From Bigelowiella natans CCMP2755 (Eukaryota; Protista; Cercozoa): 64,000 nt of DNA. The stretch is taken from assembly GCA_000320545.1 (NCBI GenBank), contig ADNK01001953.1, positions 62,001-126,000 on the forward strand, read 5' to 3'. The notes under the pieces were generated by a model. That model was not told the origin of the DNA and did not search any database. It saw only the letters and a program-made list of their open reading frames with translations. Positions 24,154 through 38,400 of the stretch are shown here, in pieces. The position numbers and the translations under genes were made by a program. Positions within the stretch are counted from its first letter, which is position 1, and the number at the start of each line of letters is the position of its first letter.

Positions 24154-25068
24154 CTAGATGAGAATTTCCTTCTTTCTTCCTCGTATATTTCGAAGATCTT
24201 CATCATAAGAATAGTAACAACGGTACCTCCTCTTCATCATTTCCTCCTCTCTTATTCCAGAGTTTGTTTCGAAGAGAAGGCCGCCAAAGCTCGATTTGCC
24301 GAAAGAAATATTTGATTTAGTTAAATTTGTCTCGTTGAGCTGAAATGCCTGCAGTTCCTTGTCTGTTTCTTCAGGAATAACTTCAAGAAGTCGGGACCAT
24401 GAGCTGGATCTTTTAAAGGTAGTAATTGTTGATTGGCAACGATTGTTGCCTTTGTTGCTTACTGACATACTTGGTGTAGCTGTGTTATTGTCTTCCTGGG
24501 AGAAGAAGTCTATAAATTTTGCCTGTTTTTTTCCCTTTTCTTTAGCAGTGGAACTTGAGAGTAGAAGCTGTGAAAACGGGCAGTTGTAACTTTTACCATT
24601 CTTCTCCTTTTTAACTTTCTTTTTCTTAGAATGTATCTTTTTTAGCTTGGCTGTTAGAGAAGAGTCGCTGAAACGTGCAGGACAAGAGGTCTCGGTAAAT
24701 GACGGTGAACAAAAATCCAGTAAAACTGTGCGCTTCTTCGGATTTTGTCCTCTCTTCTGTTTACATGTCTTTCCTTTAGTTGCTGATGATATGTTGTTGA
24801 TGCTCGATAAGGAGGACCTGGGGGTAGAATTAGCCCGAGTTGAGCTGGGTGTGTTATTCGATCTATTAGGATCGTTCTCGTCGGAGCCCGTATCCGTCAT
24901 GCATTGAAACCACCCCATACGCAGAGCGTCCAAGCTAGATATCACTATGGATATACATTTTGTGAGCAAATCTTTGGCATCAATGGAATCTAATCGTACA
25001 CTATCATCAGCTACTGTTGTTAAGTTTTGGTTTCCTCTCCCTCCTCCTCCGCCTTGACTACTACTCAT
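24154..25068 (-). CDS. Hypothetical Ser/Lys-rich protein, single long ORF (about 304 aa from MSSSQGG)
   Basis: Part of a 357-codon open frame that is not microsatellite-derived. First plausible ATG at 25068. No recognisable domain. Confidence 0.55.
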   Translation of the reverse strand: MSSSQGGGGGRGNQNLTTVADDSVRLDSIDAKDLLTKCISIVISSLDALRMGWFQCMTDTGSDENDPNRSNNTPSSTRANSTPRSSLSSINNISSATKGKTCKQKRGQNPKKRTVLLDFCSPSFTETSCPARFSDSSLTAKLKKIHSKKKKVKKEKNGKSYNCPFSQLLLSSSTAKEKGKKQAKFIDFFSQEDNNTATPSMSVSNKGNNRCQSTITTFKRSSSWSRLLEVIPEETDKELQAFQLNETNLTKSNISFGKSSFGGLLFETNSGIREEEMMKRRYRCYYSYDEDLRNIRGRKKEILI

Positions 25069-27617
25069 GGCAACAAGTCTGGGGATTTGCTGTGAGGGAT
25101 CAAGCAGAAGCAAAAGAAGTCGTAAAAGAAAAGCACAAGCGGCAAAAAAAAAAGAAAGTAGCAAGGCAATAAATAACGATGCGACATCGTATGAAAAAAG
25201 TCGCAAGGACTCAATCGCCTGGCTCAATGAGAAATCCTGGAAATGTGCGAGTTCCTACTTGTAGATCAGAACACGCATGTGATGATGGCACAACGGGCAA
25301 CACAACGGGCAACACACCATCACAGTCGAGTCGCACAATATGCTTCCAAAAAAAATAAAGTAATCCCGTTATTCTTTCAAAATCGGTGTTTCCACCTGAT
25401 CTCAGGGAACTCCGGGAAGTCTCTGCGACAGCGATTGATTTAACGAGATGCGACATGGAAAATTCGGTGTAAAACTGGAAAAAAGGCGAATATCCAGATT
25501 ACAAGCGCTATCATTCCGCCACCCTCGCACTCGAGGTCATCATGTTGTTTTTGGACGACCACGTTCGTTTCATCCTGATGTGAGAGTGGGGCTGCTATTA
25601 AGGGAGCGATATCTATGATGAACACCAAAATATCTGTCAATCCACTGAAAAAGAATGACGACGAACAACTAATCTTCTCTCTGACGATCAACTCGCTGAA
25701 AGCGCATGCCCCACACTGTACATCACATGGAGTTTAAGTGGAATAACAGTGTATTGAAAAGCATATACATTAGTGATATAAAATACGTACCTGGTTTTAT
25801 GATATTAGGATTCTTGGTGGGCATGCTTGAATCAGTTTAAGGTAGTTGATCATTCATGATCCCGTAAGAAAGCATTAGCATGCTAGCAAAGCAACACTCA
25901 GGCATCAGCTACTTCGCTGTTGGTGCCTATTTTCAACTTTGCAAAAACAAATCAAGGATAATCATACGATTCTCTATCTAGAGCGTCGTTTCCATGCCTT
26001 GGTATATCATCATCATCATCATCATTACATTATACTAAAAGAAGCTGCATTCTATATCAACACTGCCCGCTCTTTCCATGGGTTGGAGTTTTCATGCGGA
26101 TGCTATAAGAAAGATCCACTGATAACATTATACCGCTTATGTGATCTCTCGGAAGTTGAGCAGTTATACTGCTGGGCAGCTGGGTGTGCTTTGTGAGTAT
26201 TTCTTCCTGCGGGGTTTTCCTGCTTGTCGAAACTCCTCAGCACCCCAATGCTGAAAGATCATGGATGATGTGTCAGATAAAACCAAAGTTTTCTTTTTTT
26301 TTATTTCAATGAACACGCATAATGCAAACATGCTTATGTATCTCTATCGAGAGGAGAGTGAGTTACATGTGCAACGATGCGTGCCTACTACCCGAGAGCA
26401 TGCCAGCAGTTTCGGCTATCACGCATGATCGCTTTCTCCGTGCAAACATGGGTTTAATTCCGAAACAAGAAAGACAGATTCGTTTTCCATCCTTTTCGCC
26501 CCGGTAGTGAGCAAAAAGGCCACATACGATATACATCTTTAATAGGTGGAGTATGCGCCGGTGGATTCTCTGGAACGTCTTTTTCAGCGACAATGAAAAA
26601 TACTGAAACATGAGATCAGCTGCTGTTTGCTGAAGAAACGAAAATGAATTTCGGACTTACCCGTGAGAATTTATTAAAGTTAATGAAAAACATTGAAAAT
26701 TGATTTCCGAAGTAACATGTATACAAAAAATCTGATGAATCTGTTGCGCCCATGTTCAGATATAAGTGACAATGTGTGAAAAACTTGCTGCCATAGCGCG
26801 ACAACACTTGCCATGTATGTCTAGATTTGTGTTTACATTTCTAGATGTACATGTATGAACATATCTAGATGTGTATGTGTATATATATGTATGTGTGTAT
26901 GTGCGCACGATGCACACATGTAGTCCACAGTGGATGTGTCAAGTCATTGTGTCATTGTCTAAACAAGTACGTATGCACTCATGATGAGCACATCTAGACA
27001 TGCTAGCATGTCTAGCTGCCATGAGCAGGCTAGCAGGCAGTTGCACGTACAGCTAGATATAGTATAGCCGTACGTGCGTCGACAAAACCTTGCACATGCA
27101 TGCACATTGGTGCTCATCAATCATTGCCATGAAGCTGGGGGTGTATGCATGGGTGCATGTTTTGTTCATACACACGTGTGAGATGAGCGCGCAAACATAC
27201 AACATGATAGCCATGCATGCGGAAGCATGCATCAAACACATCACAGCGGAGACAAACAGATGACACATATCTATCAGCGCTGCAGCCGCTGCCTTGTACA
27301 GCTGTGCACATCAGGATCGATGACGTTCCATTGAAAAGATTTAATAAATTCATTGCATCCATCTCATGTGAGCGCGTGCACTGTGCGTTGTTGTAACTAC
27401 TAGTGCGATGCATGCAAAATGCAAAGACATGTCGACCGCACGTACAAGAGTAATGCCTGTACGACAAGCGTACGTGACGCATGCATAATGTCTAAATGTG
27501 GCCTGATCTAGTGATGACGAATTAACATGTTCATTCGCATCGATACCGATCAATGTGTGCAAGTAGTGTAGGTTAGGAACTTGATTTGACATGATAATAT
27601 GTTGTCATTACGCCAGG

Positions 27618-27662
<45 letters not shown>

Positions 27663-27699
27663 TAAAATATATATGCAGGCATTTACACTACACGCTATG

Positions 27700-28648
27700 T
27701 CAACTGAAGATTATGCACAGGGTTACACTTGTGTGTGCCTTTGAAACCATCAGTTTTGGCGTCATCGTGCTTCTTTTGAATGAGGCTGAGCGCTCTTAGA
27801 TCCAACTCTTATCCTGTTTAGTAATAGTAGAGTAGTAGTAGTAGTAGTAGTAGTATATAATAATGAGATAGAATACATGATATATAGTTGCAAGTCGGTT
27901 AAGAAGCAATGTTGTACTTTTGATGTGATTGCGGCGGGAAGTAAGGGATCAGTTGTTGCAAGTTGTGTGATCGACTCGAGAAATACCGTTTCCGTTTGTG
28001 CTTCACTGGTGTTCTCCCACGCACCAAATTAGACGCATCGTTATGGAGTTTGTTTTGGTCCTGTGTTTCCTTCTTAATCTCGTCCTCAAACTGATGACGA
28101 TAGCAACCAGCATGGCATGGTCAATAGTATATTATCTTAAATGTTGAAGTCACCGACATTTGTTCCTTGTTATTTCTATCTAATACTTACGCACTGCATC
28201 TTACCAACTAGTATTTGTTTATTTTCTCTAGTGTTGTTGTATACCTGTTCTTGTGCTTCATTTTGCATTTCTAGATCTTTGGCCTTTGATAAATGAATGA
28301 TCGTTTGCTTTACCGTATATTGTTATTGTTTTTCACGTATTGTGTGTGTAGGTAGTTTAACTCGGTCAAACTGGCGTGTCTTCCTCCTCCTCCTCCTCCT
28401 CGCATCATATTGTGTTGTCGAATGAATACATGCATGCATGCATCTATCCACCAAAATATACTACTCAAGCATATGTGTGGTAGTAGCTTACATCACGGAA
28501 AGACTTAAGTCGACTCTCCACTTTCAGCGGATTCTGTGCACATACATATATGAGTACATAAACGATGATGAAGAAGAAGAAGAGGAGGAGGAGACTATAC
28601 TACTGGACGACGACAAATGGGTGCTGCTGATGAAATGAATATTATATA

Positions 28649-28689
<41 letters not shown>

Positions 28690-29244
28690 GCATGCCAGCA
28701 CACATCTGCAAGCACATGCAGACTATAAACCGACCTCTATCACATCAGCAGGAACCAGGACCTTATCACCATGCTTCTTTATCTGCTTGATGATTGATGA
28801 TTAATGGGTGATAAATTTTGTGATGAGAAGAGAGATACTCAGTAAATTAGCAATTTAAAATAATATTCTCCACATTATTTGCACCGTCGTAGGAATGATG
28901 AGATTCTCACGTAAGAATAGGAAGAAGAAGCATAGTCAACAAACAGCAGCAGCAGGAGCAATAACAACAACAACCTGTTCTTTGATCCAATCGTCGAGCT
29001 CTTCCCTCACATGGCCCTTTTTCTTGCGAAGATAACAACAAACACCATAGAATAGGTCAGAGAGAAGTGAGATTATGGTAAAGAGAGAATAATAAATTTT
29101 AAGTAATAATAATAAATAAGGAGGGGGAGGAGGAAGAGAAATGTAGCACATACGAAAGATGATGATGATTACCAAAACGCCATCAGGCAAGTCTTCACGA
29201 CGCATCCAATCAAAGTCAGAATCGACCCCGTATGGCTATTATCG

Positions 29245-29279
<35 letters not shown>

Positions 29280-30060
29280 GTTATGGTGATAATAATCATG
29301 GTGATTCCAATCATGATTATGTGTTGTGTTGTGCATTTTGTATAATTAATATGGCTTGCAACGGTTAAAGGAGAAGTAGGAGCAGGTCATAGACGGCATC
29401 CATTTACATGTAGTAGTAGACAATAGCGATCATGTTAACCATACGCTGTTATCACTGATATGCCCTTTTGCTATATCCACAAAACAAGAAGGCTGCTATT
29501 ATCCATAGTCTCGATTTAGTGACAATATTACGTACAATGTCTTCTCCTGGCGTGAGGAGATCGGATGGGATGTTTGAGGGCATTTCGTCACAAATGAGAG
29601 ACTAATGATGATTATGATTATGATGATTATGATGATGATGATTATGATGATGATGATGATGATGATGATGATAAGAAACAGCATTCCAGTTGAGAACCAT
29701 AAATTCTTGTAATATCTCCAATTGTCTACGAATAAATACAACCTTCACTAGTTCCAATACTGCTTGCCGTTACAACCATTACTACAACAACAACTACTAC
29801 TACTACTACTACTACTACTGCTACTACTACTGCTACTACTATTCTACCCCCGTTGAAATGTCCGTCTCAAACTGCGAGAAGAAGAAGAAGAAGAAGGAGG
29901 AGGAGGAAGAAAACAACAACCATGAGGAGGAGGAGGAGGAGGAGGAGGAGGAGGAGGATATGTGAAACAAGTTGTTCAAAATATGATGCCTTAGCAAGAT
30001 CCGCGAATAAATATTCGTACTACTGCTCAAATTGCAGAAACGTCCGGTTATCATATCACA
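27700..30060 (-). CDS. Multi-exon hypothetical protein (boundaries approximate)
   Basis: Series of short AG/GT-bounded minus-strand exons: PSCFVDIAKGHISDNSVW, PYGVDSDFDWMRREDLPDGVL, KKKGHVREELDDWIKEQ, IKKHGDKVLVPADVIE, NPLKVESRLKSFRD, LSKAKDLEMQNEAQEQ. Confidence 0.5.
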
Positions 30061-30570
30061 TTTATGAATAATAAAATATAATATATATATATATATATAT
30101 ATATTGATTCTTCGTTATTATTTCTTCACCTTCACATCCACAAATGGCGGCGATTTTTCTCTTTCTTCTTTGCTATCGTTATTATTATTGTTATTGTTGT
30201 TGTTGTTGTTGTTATGTCCTCCGCCACCGGCAACAATATCCTCTGGGTTTCGAGGAGGAGGAAGTTTTACTACATAGAACCACAAAAGTCACTTAGTATG
30301 GACGAAGAGAAGAAGTTGGATTTGCATCATCTATCTCAAACACATGCATCACACACACACACACACACATTCACGGTAACTTCACATCCTCCTCGTTATT
30401 CTCATCCTCTAGCTCTTCATGTTATCATCATCACCACCACAATCATCCATCATATATCCATCTTTCTCATTTTCACATAACCTATGGTTGCCTTCTTTTT
30501 ATTATCACGATCATCATAATCATGCTTATCATCATCGTCATCATCATCATGATCATCATGATCATCGTCA

Positions 30571-30733
30571 TCACCCACCAAGAGTCATGTTCTTCCCTTC
30601 AACTTCCGCAATCAAATTCTGTAAACGATAATAATAAGATAGCTTATAACAACAACACAAAGGGTATCTCTACGATGTACGCTATCTTTGACTGACGTGG
30701 AGTCGTCTCTCTCTCTCTCTCCCTCTCTCTCTC

Positions 30734-30768
<35 letters not shown>

Positions 30769-31086
30769 AATATACTAATATTAAACGGCATCATGTTGTA
30801 TGCACTATTCATATCGTCGATTGAGTGACACTTAGAGCTTATTGTAGTAGTAGTAATACCTCTGGCTTTATCTTGAGGACATAAAACAGCAGCTTAACTG
30901 GATAGCGACCCTCACTGTACTCACCCCAGATTTCACCTGCGGCGGTTATTTATATTTTTATTAGACTTGGTAATTGATTGCACTAATGTGGTGAAACATG
31001 ATGATGATGATAATAATGCCCGGCTGAATAATTTATCTAATCACACACACACACACACACACACACACCAAAACAGAAAATGGAGG

Positions 31087-31121
<35 letters not shown>

Positions 31122-31486
31122 AGAGAAAGATAAACAGCTTATCCCACGCACTTCTTGATGTAGTACCTTGATTTTTATTGAATTCTGGGTACTTTTGTAG
31201 GTTGTGGATTGTGACTTTTGTACCAACAGGAACCTGTGTGCGTAAATAGCAGCAGCAGTAGTAATAGTAGTAGTAGAAAGGGATATCATTGAAGGACAAA
31301 AGATAACAAAGGAGTCGTAGTAATAGTAGTAGTATAATCGGATGTTTACAGATCTTTATCAGTATGCGACTACAAGGAGTACAAGCTGATGCTGCTTAAA
31401 GCTAGTCACACTACTACAATATGTGAGGAGTGGTGAAAGAATACAGAAGATATACTGGGGATAGAAAGGTATTTCAATCATCGCTT

Positions 31487-31518
<32 letters not shown>

Positions 31519-31763
31519 TATCATTATGACATCAAAATATCATCTTGAACGAGAACTCAAGATCACCTGAATAACGTCCTCATCATTATACGTGGTACTA
31601 TTTGGTGTCCTTTTATTTGTCTGATTGGCTGCTGATGTCGCATGTTTATCAAGAACAACACTGCTGCTGCTGCTGCCTTGTATAGTATGGCTGTTAGAGG
31701 ATTCCATTGCCATCTTGCTGTCCTTCTTCTTTTGGGGTGCTTGTCTGCTAAATTTGGCCCCAC

Positions 31764-31799
<36 letters not shown>

Positions 31800-32106
31800 T
31801 ATGATCATCTATATCTGATGAAGGACATCTGTAATCATCATCCTCCTCCTCATCATCCTCGCCACCATTCTCATCATCAATATCATCGTTGTCAAAGTGC
31901 TTTTGCCCATCTGATTTTAGAAGGATTAGCAATAGCAAGCAGTAAGGCAACTTACTTATCTATGAGAAGTTCCTCTGACTGCTAACTACTTGTACTAGTA
32001 CTCCTTACTTGTATTTCGTCGTTTCTGCTGTTTTTGCTGCTGTTTTTGTCTGTGTTGCTGCTCTCGGAACAATGCTAAAGACAAAGATATTTGCATATGC
32101 ACAGGA

Positions 32107-32138
<32 letters not shown>

Positions 32139-33028
32139 GTGTGTTAGATTGTTATCGCTGCCTTCACACCTTCAATAGCCTTTTTCCCTGCATCCTCAGT
32201 GTCACTATTCTTTTGATCCTTGTCTTCTTTTCCCCCTTTTCCTTCTTCTTCATCGTCGTTTGAAGATGTAGATAAATGCGTCTGCAGCAGAATTAGTAGT
32301 AGTAATAGTAGTAGTAGCAGTAGTAGTAGTGGTGGTGGTGGTAGTAATAATACGAACAATTGCAACCTCTGACGATGATGATGATTGCACGTTTAGAAAT
32401 AAGAAACAACTGAAAAACTATACTAAGTAGGAGTAGAGAATATACCTACTAGTCCTCCTCCTCCTCCCTACTACTACTACTACTACTACTACTACTATCC
32501 CTCACCACACCCTGAAGAATAAGATGATGAATATTCTTGATGTTTGCTTACATTCGTCTATTAGCTATTATCATCATCGTCACTATCACCACCACCACCA
32601 TCATTATCATTATCATGTTCATCCATTACAAAGAACTTCCTGTTTTTCTTGTTTGATCTTTGTAAAGCCTTTTCAAATAGCTTTACCTGTTGTGTGGAAT
32701 CAGCATTTCATGATGACAATATACGATGACCAAACATGCACACACAAACACATAAACACACAAACACGACGTCAACCTACGCATACCTCTCACCTTATGA
32801 TGAAAGCGGTCTAATATAATTTCTATCACTCTTTGTCTATTATGATTTCTTTTTTTCCTTCGCTTATGATGTGCTATTATGATAAATCGTACTACGAGTC
32901 TGCCAGGATATGCTACTACCGCAACTGCTAGTACGACTTACTACCGCTTCATTCGGTTTCGAGCGTATGTACTTTTGATTGACTTTATGGTGTATCTTCC
33001 CTGCAATGCTGATCGGTGTGTGATGATA

Positions 33029-33064
<36 letters not shown>

Positions 33065-33610
33065 ACAATTAAAAGGGATAGAAATAATATGAATACGAAC
33101 AATAAGGTTTAGAATAAAAGAAACAGGACACGAGCCCCTCATAGAATGCTACGCACTGCCACTTCTATTGTACTACTTCTATTAAAATTGTTCTGGTACT
33201 GCTAAATAGAGACGATGACTAGTACTTTGCTTTCCTTGTCGCAGGGGTACTAGCCACCGTTATTGTATACGTGCCTTTAAATAATACTCATACTGAGCAA
33301 ATACACGCTCATCCTATATCTCACCACTCAATCAAATCAAACCGAACCAAATCTATGGTAGTGGTGGTGGTTTTGGGGGGGGGAGGGGATTGGGTTTATG
33401 GAGGTACCGTCTTTAGCATTTTTGAAACAAGCTTCCAGATCATACCATCTATGTGTGATGATGATGACGATTACAACGTAGTAGCAAACAGTGGTGATGG
33501 TGATAATAATGGTGAGTTCTTTTCACTTGTTCAATATAAGGCGACGAGACGACGACTATGTCTCAGTGTTATTCCCCCCCCCTTCTCCTCACATTATAAC
33601 TACTGATATG

Positions 33611-33644
<34 letters not shown>

Positions 33645-33987
33645 ACACTCCACTAGGTTTGCCTTTCTTCATCCCCATCACTTGAAACTTAATATTGATC
33701 GACGTGTGGTACAACATCAACAACAAGAACATAAGGAAGAATGGTTAAGATGATGATGACTCATTAAAAGGAAGGATCAGTGCCGTCTTTTACCCTGATA
33801 ATGTGTTATATTTCTCCCCTGATGTTGATGTTGTTTATCGTCGTTTAAGGTGCTAACAATATCAACAAACCTTTGGCATGGGGTCATTAGGAGATAGGCC
33901 TAAGCTTTCAAGCTGCTTTGCTCTTTCCTGCAGTAAGAGCGAGGTAATAGTAGGACATATATTAATACATATAAAAATGTATATATG

Positions 33988-34025
<38 letters not shown>

Positions 34026-34810
34026 AAGTATGCTATTCACCGCCAACATCATCGCCACCACCACCACCACCACCACCATCATCTTCCTCTTCTTCATAGT
34101 ATCCATAGCCATAGCAGCAGTAGCAATGGAAGTAGTAGTAGTGACGGTGGTGGTAGTAGTTGTATGTGCGACTAAAGACCTGATCTTTAACATCCTCGTA
34201 TTCATCTGGGATTATGGTACAATATACAGAATAAGTAGACAGTTAGGTTATGGTGGAAGAGCTGGCTAAAACACAAGAATTCGTTGGCATCATCACCAAT
34301 CTCAGCTCTACTATCATCATCTATGAAGGTGGTAATTAGAGTCAGTACGGTTTGATGTTTGTCGTTAATAGCTGATGATGATGATAATGGTGATGATAAT
34401 GATGATGGTGATGATAATGATGATATATTCTAGTGAAACAACGACAGCATTAAGTAGTATTAGTAGCAGAGTAGAAGTTGCGGTTATAGGAATTTCTCCT
34501 AACGGCTTACGATCTCTAGCCAAAGCCTCTCGTACAGCTTTCGGAAGTTTCTTCGCCTCTGGGGAGAATATCTTGAAGTGGTATTGTAACAACAACGCCA
34601 ACAAAAACAACAACAGCAAGAAGAAGAGGAAGGGGCAATAATAACAACAACAAGAGGGGAAAAGATGTGACTAAAGAGAGAACAAGAGAGAGAAAGAGAG
34701 AGAGAGAGAGAGAAAGAGAGGGGAGGGGGGGGGGGAGCTTGTGAAGATGGTTGAAAGATGCTCTTAGGGAACTATCTATATATGTGTTGGAAGTCATATA
34801 TATAATAATA

Positions 34811-34857
<47 letters not shown>

Positions 34858-35016
34858 CAGGTAAGCTTGAAGACAAGCGACAGTCAACCACGATTACGAC
34901 GATGACTACAAAAACGATGTCCACCACCACCACCACCACCACCACCTGCGTGAGATTGGTAGGATCTATCCCGGCTAGCCTACATCTCTTTTCTGCTTTC
35001 TAATCAATCATCAACA

Positions 35017-35050
<34 letters not shown>

Positions 35051-35309
35051 AAGTAGTAATCGTATCAATTCGTTTGTTCTTACACGTTTGAATATCTTCA
35101 CACTTTGAGTCCCTCATATCATTAGAAGTAACACTAGTATCATCATCTTCTTCTTCTTATTGTTATTATCATGACTTTTCAAGTCGTCTTCTAGTACCAT
35201 TTCAGCACTTTCATATGTTAGAAATGCTGGCGAGAACTCACTCCGGTAATTGGTCTGTAACGAGACGAAGCAATCAAGGTGTGTAGTGTCAATAATGACT
35301 CTACTGCAG

Positions 35310-35341
<32 letters not shown>

Positions 35342-38068
35342 GCATGATCACTATCAACACTGCTTTATTGTTGTTGCCTACCGGGCGCAGCCGAACATCC
35401 TTTGCATATATCGGCGAGACAGTGACATTTGTCATTACGCTGATAGATGGATGGATGGATGGATGGATAAATGGATGGATGGTGAGGACGTGGAATGTAG
35501 GTGTAGAAACCGACAGCAATGCCAGTTATTTGCATATCACATGATATTATTCTCTAACGAAGAAATAAAAAAAAGGAGAAGAAGGAGAAGAAGAAGATTA
35601 TCATCATTATTGTTATATTATTGTTTGCACTCTGAGTGAAGTAAGTACTCGATGAAACGTGCATATAAGGTATCGGCGATTGTACAGTCGTAGGAGTGAG
35701 AGTCATTGTTGTACACTATTTTACTGAGATCAACCTTAATATAACAAACACCAATGTTATTCAGGCAAAGAAGATAACATCACCAGTAATATAGTGGGAC
35801 AATCAACGACGAGAGGAGGATGTGGGAGAAGGAGGAGGAGGAGGAGGACACCAACCCCATTTGTGATGGAGATGATGATGATGATGATGATAATGATGAT
35901 GAACAAAGGGGGTGGGGGAAGGGGTTGGAGAATGTACCCAATGTGTCGGTTTTCGTTGTTTGTAGATGACCATTTGGAATATCCGAGGATAACCACCCCC
36001 CTCATCGCCTTCTTCTTCTTGCCCCCCGTTGTCCTCACCACCAGCACCACCAGCCATATTTTCCTTCTTCTTGCCAACAAACAAAGGGCTATTTCCGACA
36101 CAAACGGTATCATCGTTCATACTTCCAAATCGAGCACTAAAGCGAGGAGGACCAGCAGCGTGGCGTTTGCTAGCAGTAGCAGTAGAAGTGCTTAAGATGC
36201 TGCCAACCCCAATGAAACCCCTCCCTTCTGTGTCTGCAACTCCGTGTTTGAGACGAATCAGATTAGGCCGAACCCTGCTTGCCTTCTTTCCTGCCATTCT
36301 TGGATCAAACAATGCAAGAATAGCATCCGTTACAAGAAATGAATGGAGTTGATTAGTCGCCACAACCCAAACAACATTTCTACACATGTTCTTATTATTA
36401 TTATCATCAAAATTATTTATGCATCACTCGTTGGAGTTATACAACGCATCTTATCATCATGATTGTGATCTTCTAACCTATTCAGCCGTGCTTCTTTTGT
36501 ATCGGCCACACGAACTCTATACGTTCCATCCTAAGGATGATATTATCACGGTACAAGAAGAAGAAGAAGAAGAAGAAGAAGAAGAAGAAGAAAAGAACCA
36601 GATACCAACAGATGATGATCATGATAATGATGATGATGATGATAGAAACGGGGATGGAAATAGTTGTATAGAGTCGATCATCTATCACTGCTATGTTTAT
36701 CATCAACTCAATATTTGTACTGCGAACTACGATGACAACGACGATGACAACTACTACTACTACTAGTTGTATTTTATGCGCCTTGGCACTACTTACATCG
36801 TTGATTTTGCAGGATATGAGGTCATACCACCGGCCCGTTTCCTAGCAGAAAATCATAAGTACACTCGTAATAAAGCAGATAATCATAAGCCATCTAACAT
36901 GCTCTTTAATAGAGCGAATAAAAGGACTTCCTGTGATCAATTGCTCTTTATCTATCAAGGAACATCTTCCTCCATTTTTATCGTCTCTCTCTTTCGTAAT
37001 ATCACTCTCTCCATATTTATAAGCACCACCTTCCCACTCCTGATGCCTTGAATTTGATACACCTATTATTACATAAGAATATGTCATCTCAGAGATTATC
37101 GATCATCGTCACTTGATGGGTATCGCTATCGATAGCTTGTTGGTGACATTTGAGATAGCAATTACAAGTACGTTGACTAACCTTGATCTTTCGCGCATGT
37201 TGGTTGTTCTGTTGCTGCTGTTTTGGTTGGATCTTCGTCTTATAACGACTCTCGAGGACGACCCCAGAAGCCAGATTCTAATAGTGGAAAATAATCGTTG
37301 ATACTTTAAGTGGAACGAACGCTCTATAACACACAGAGACGCATACGCACACGCACGCACTCAGGTACAAACTTATACTAACTACGGTGTGTGTGACTGT
37401 GTGCGTGCTTGTGTGTCTGTGTGGTGTATATACGCACTAACCCTAGAACACAACATCATTATCATCCTTACAACAGCTTTCCTTAGCGTACCACATGTGG
37501 TACACATTGCAGTACTATTGAGCTTAAATTTCTCCATCCCATACCTCCAAGTATTTTGAGAATTTGGAACAAGCCTTGTCCCATACACTCACATCTACAA
37601 ATAGTTGATAATTCACGGAGTAGCCAGTAGTAACTTCAGATGTCGTTTATATCCAAAGAGGGAGAAGCTACTAGATTTACTCAGCGGTCATGTGCATATG
37701 TTCGACACACGCCACACATTGTATCATCATGTTGAACTGTCACCGTATTAGTAATATTAGTAGCAGTAGCAGTAGCAATAGTAGTAGTAGAAAAGACAGG
37801 AATCATACCTTTATGCAGCTGTACCATGCTGTCCTGACACTCTGCTGCTATCCGCTCCATAATTTCTGGTCTCGTAAATCTACTCGACTTTACTTTTGTA
37901 GCTCCTCTATTCCCGCCTCCTCCTAACGTCCTACTAGGACACACAAGAGGAGGGAGGGTTGTTTCTCATTTCATTCATCACATCTGCACCCCACGCCCCT
38001 TACCTATCATCCATGAAGGGGGAAATAAGTATATGGAGCAGCAATGTCCCGATAACGTAGAATTTCAT
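30571..38068 (-). CDS. Large multi-exon hypothetical protein with hydrophobic N-terminus and C-terminal SH3/KOW-like beta-barrel (may be two genes)
   Basis: First exon MKFYVIGTLLLHILISPFMDD (ATG 38068), many low-complexity exons, last three exons joining as VPVGTKVTIHNLQKYPEFNKNQG|EIWGEYSEGRYPVKLLFYVLKIKPE|NLIAEVEGKNMTLGG-TGA (stop 30573-30571). Confidence 0.6.
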
Positions 38069-38400
38069 TTACAAGAAGATCATCATCGATGTTCCTTTGG
38101 GTAAGATTGTTGTTTCATTGCGTTCGTGATCATCAATCAGCGCCATTGCCAGCGTGCACTCTGTCCGAGAAATGATTGGAAGTTGGTTGGTAAGAGCATC
38201 TGCTTAGGATGATGTTTTGTCCCTACGACATGTGAATTTTCATGTCGTAGAAATAAATCAGTTTCTGCCGCAAAACAAATCCTGGCAATCTTACCCAAAA
38301 AAAATGTTGACACAGAAGTCGCAGAACAAAATTGGAACACAGTCATGAATGAAAACTACCTCGGAGATAAGCGAGCTTCTTGTTCATGACGAGTCCCTCT

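Noticed and set aside
38223-38250. 10-bp stem hairpin ctacgacatg/catgtcgtag upstream of the 38068 ATG
   Set aside because: Single short inverted repeat; no support for a function.
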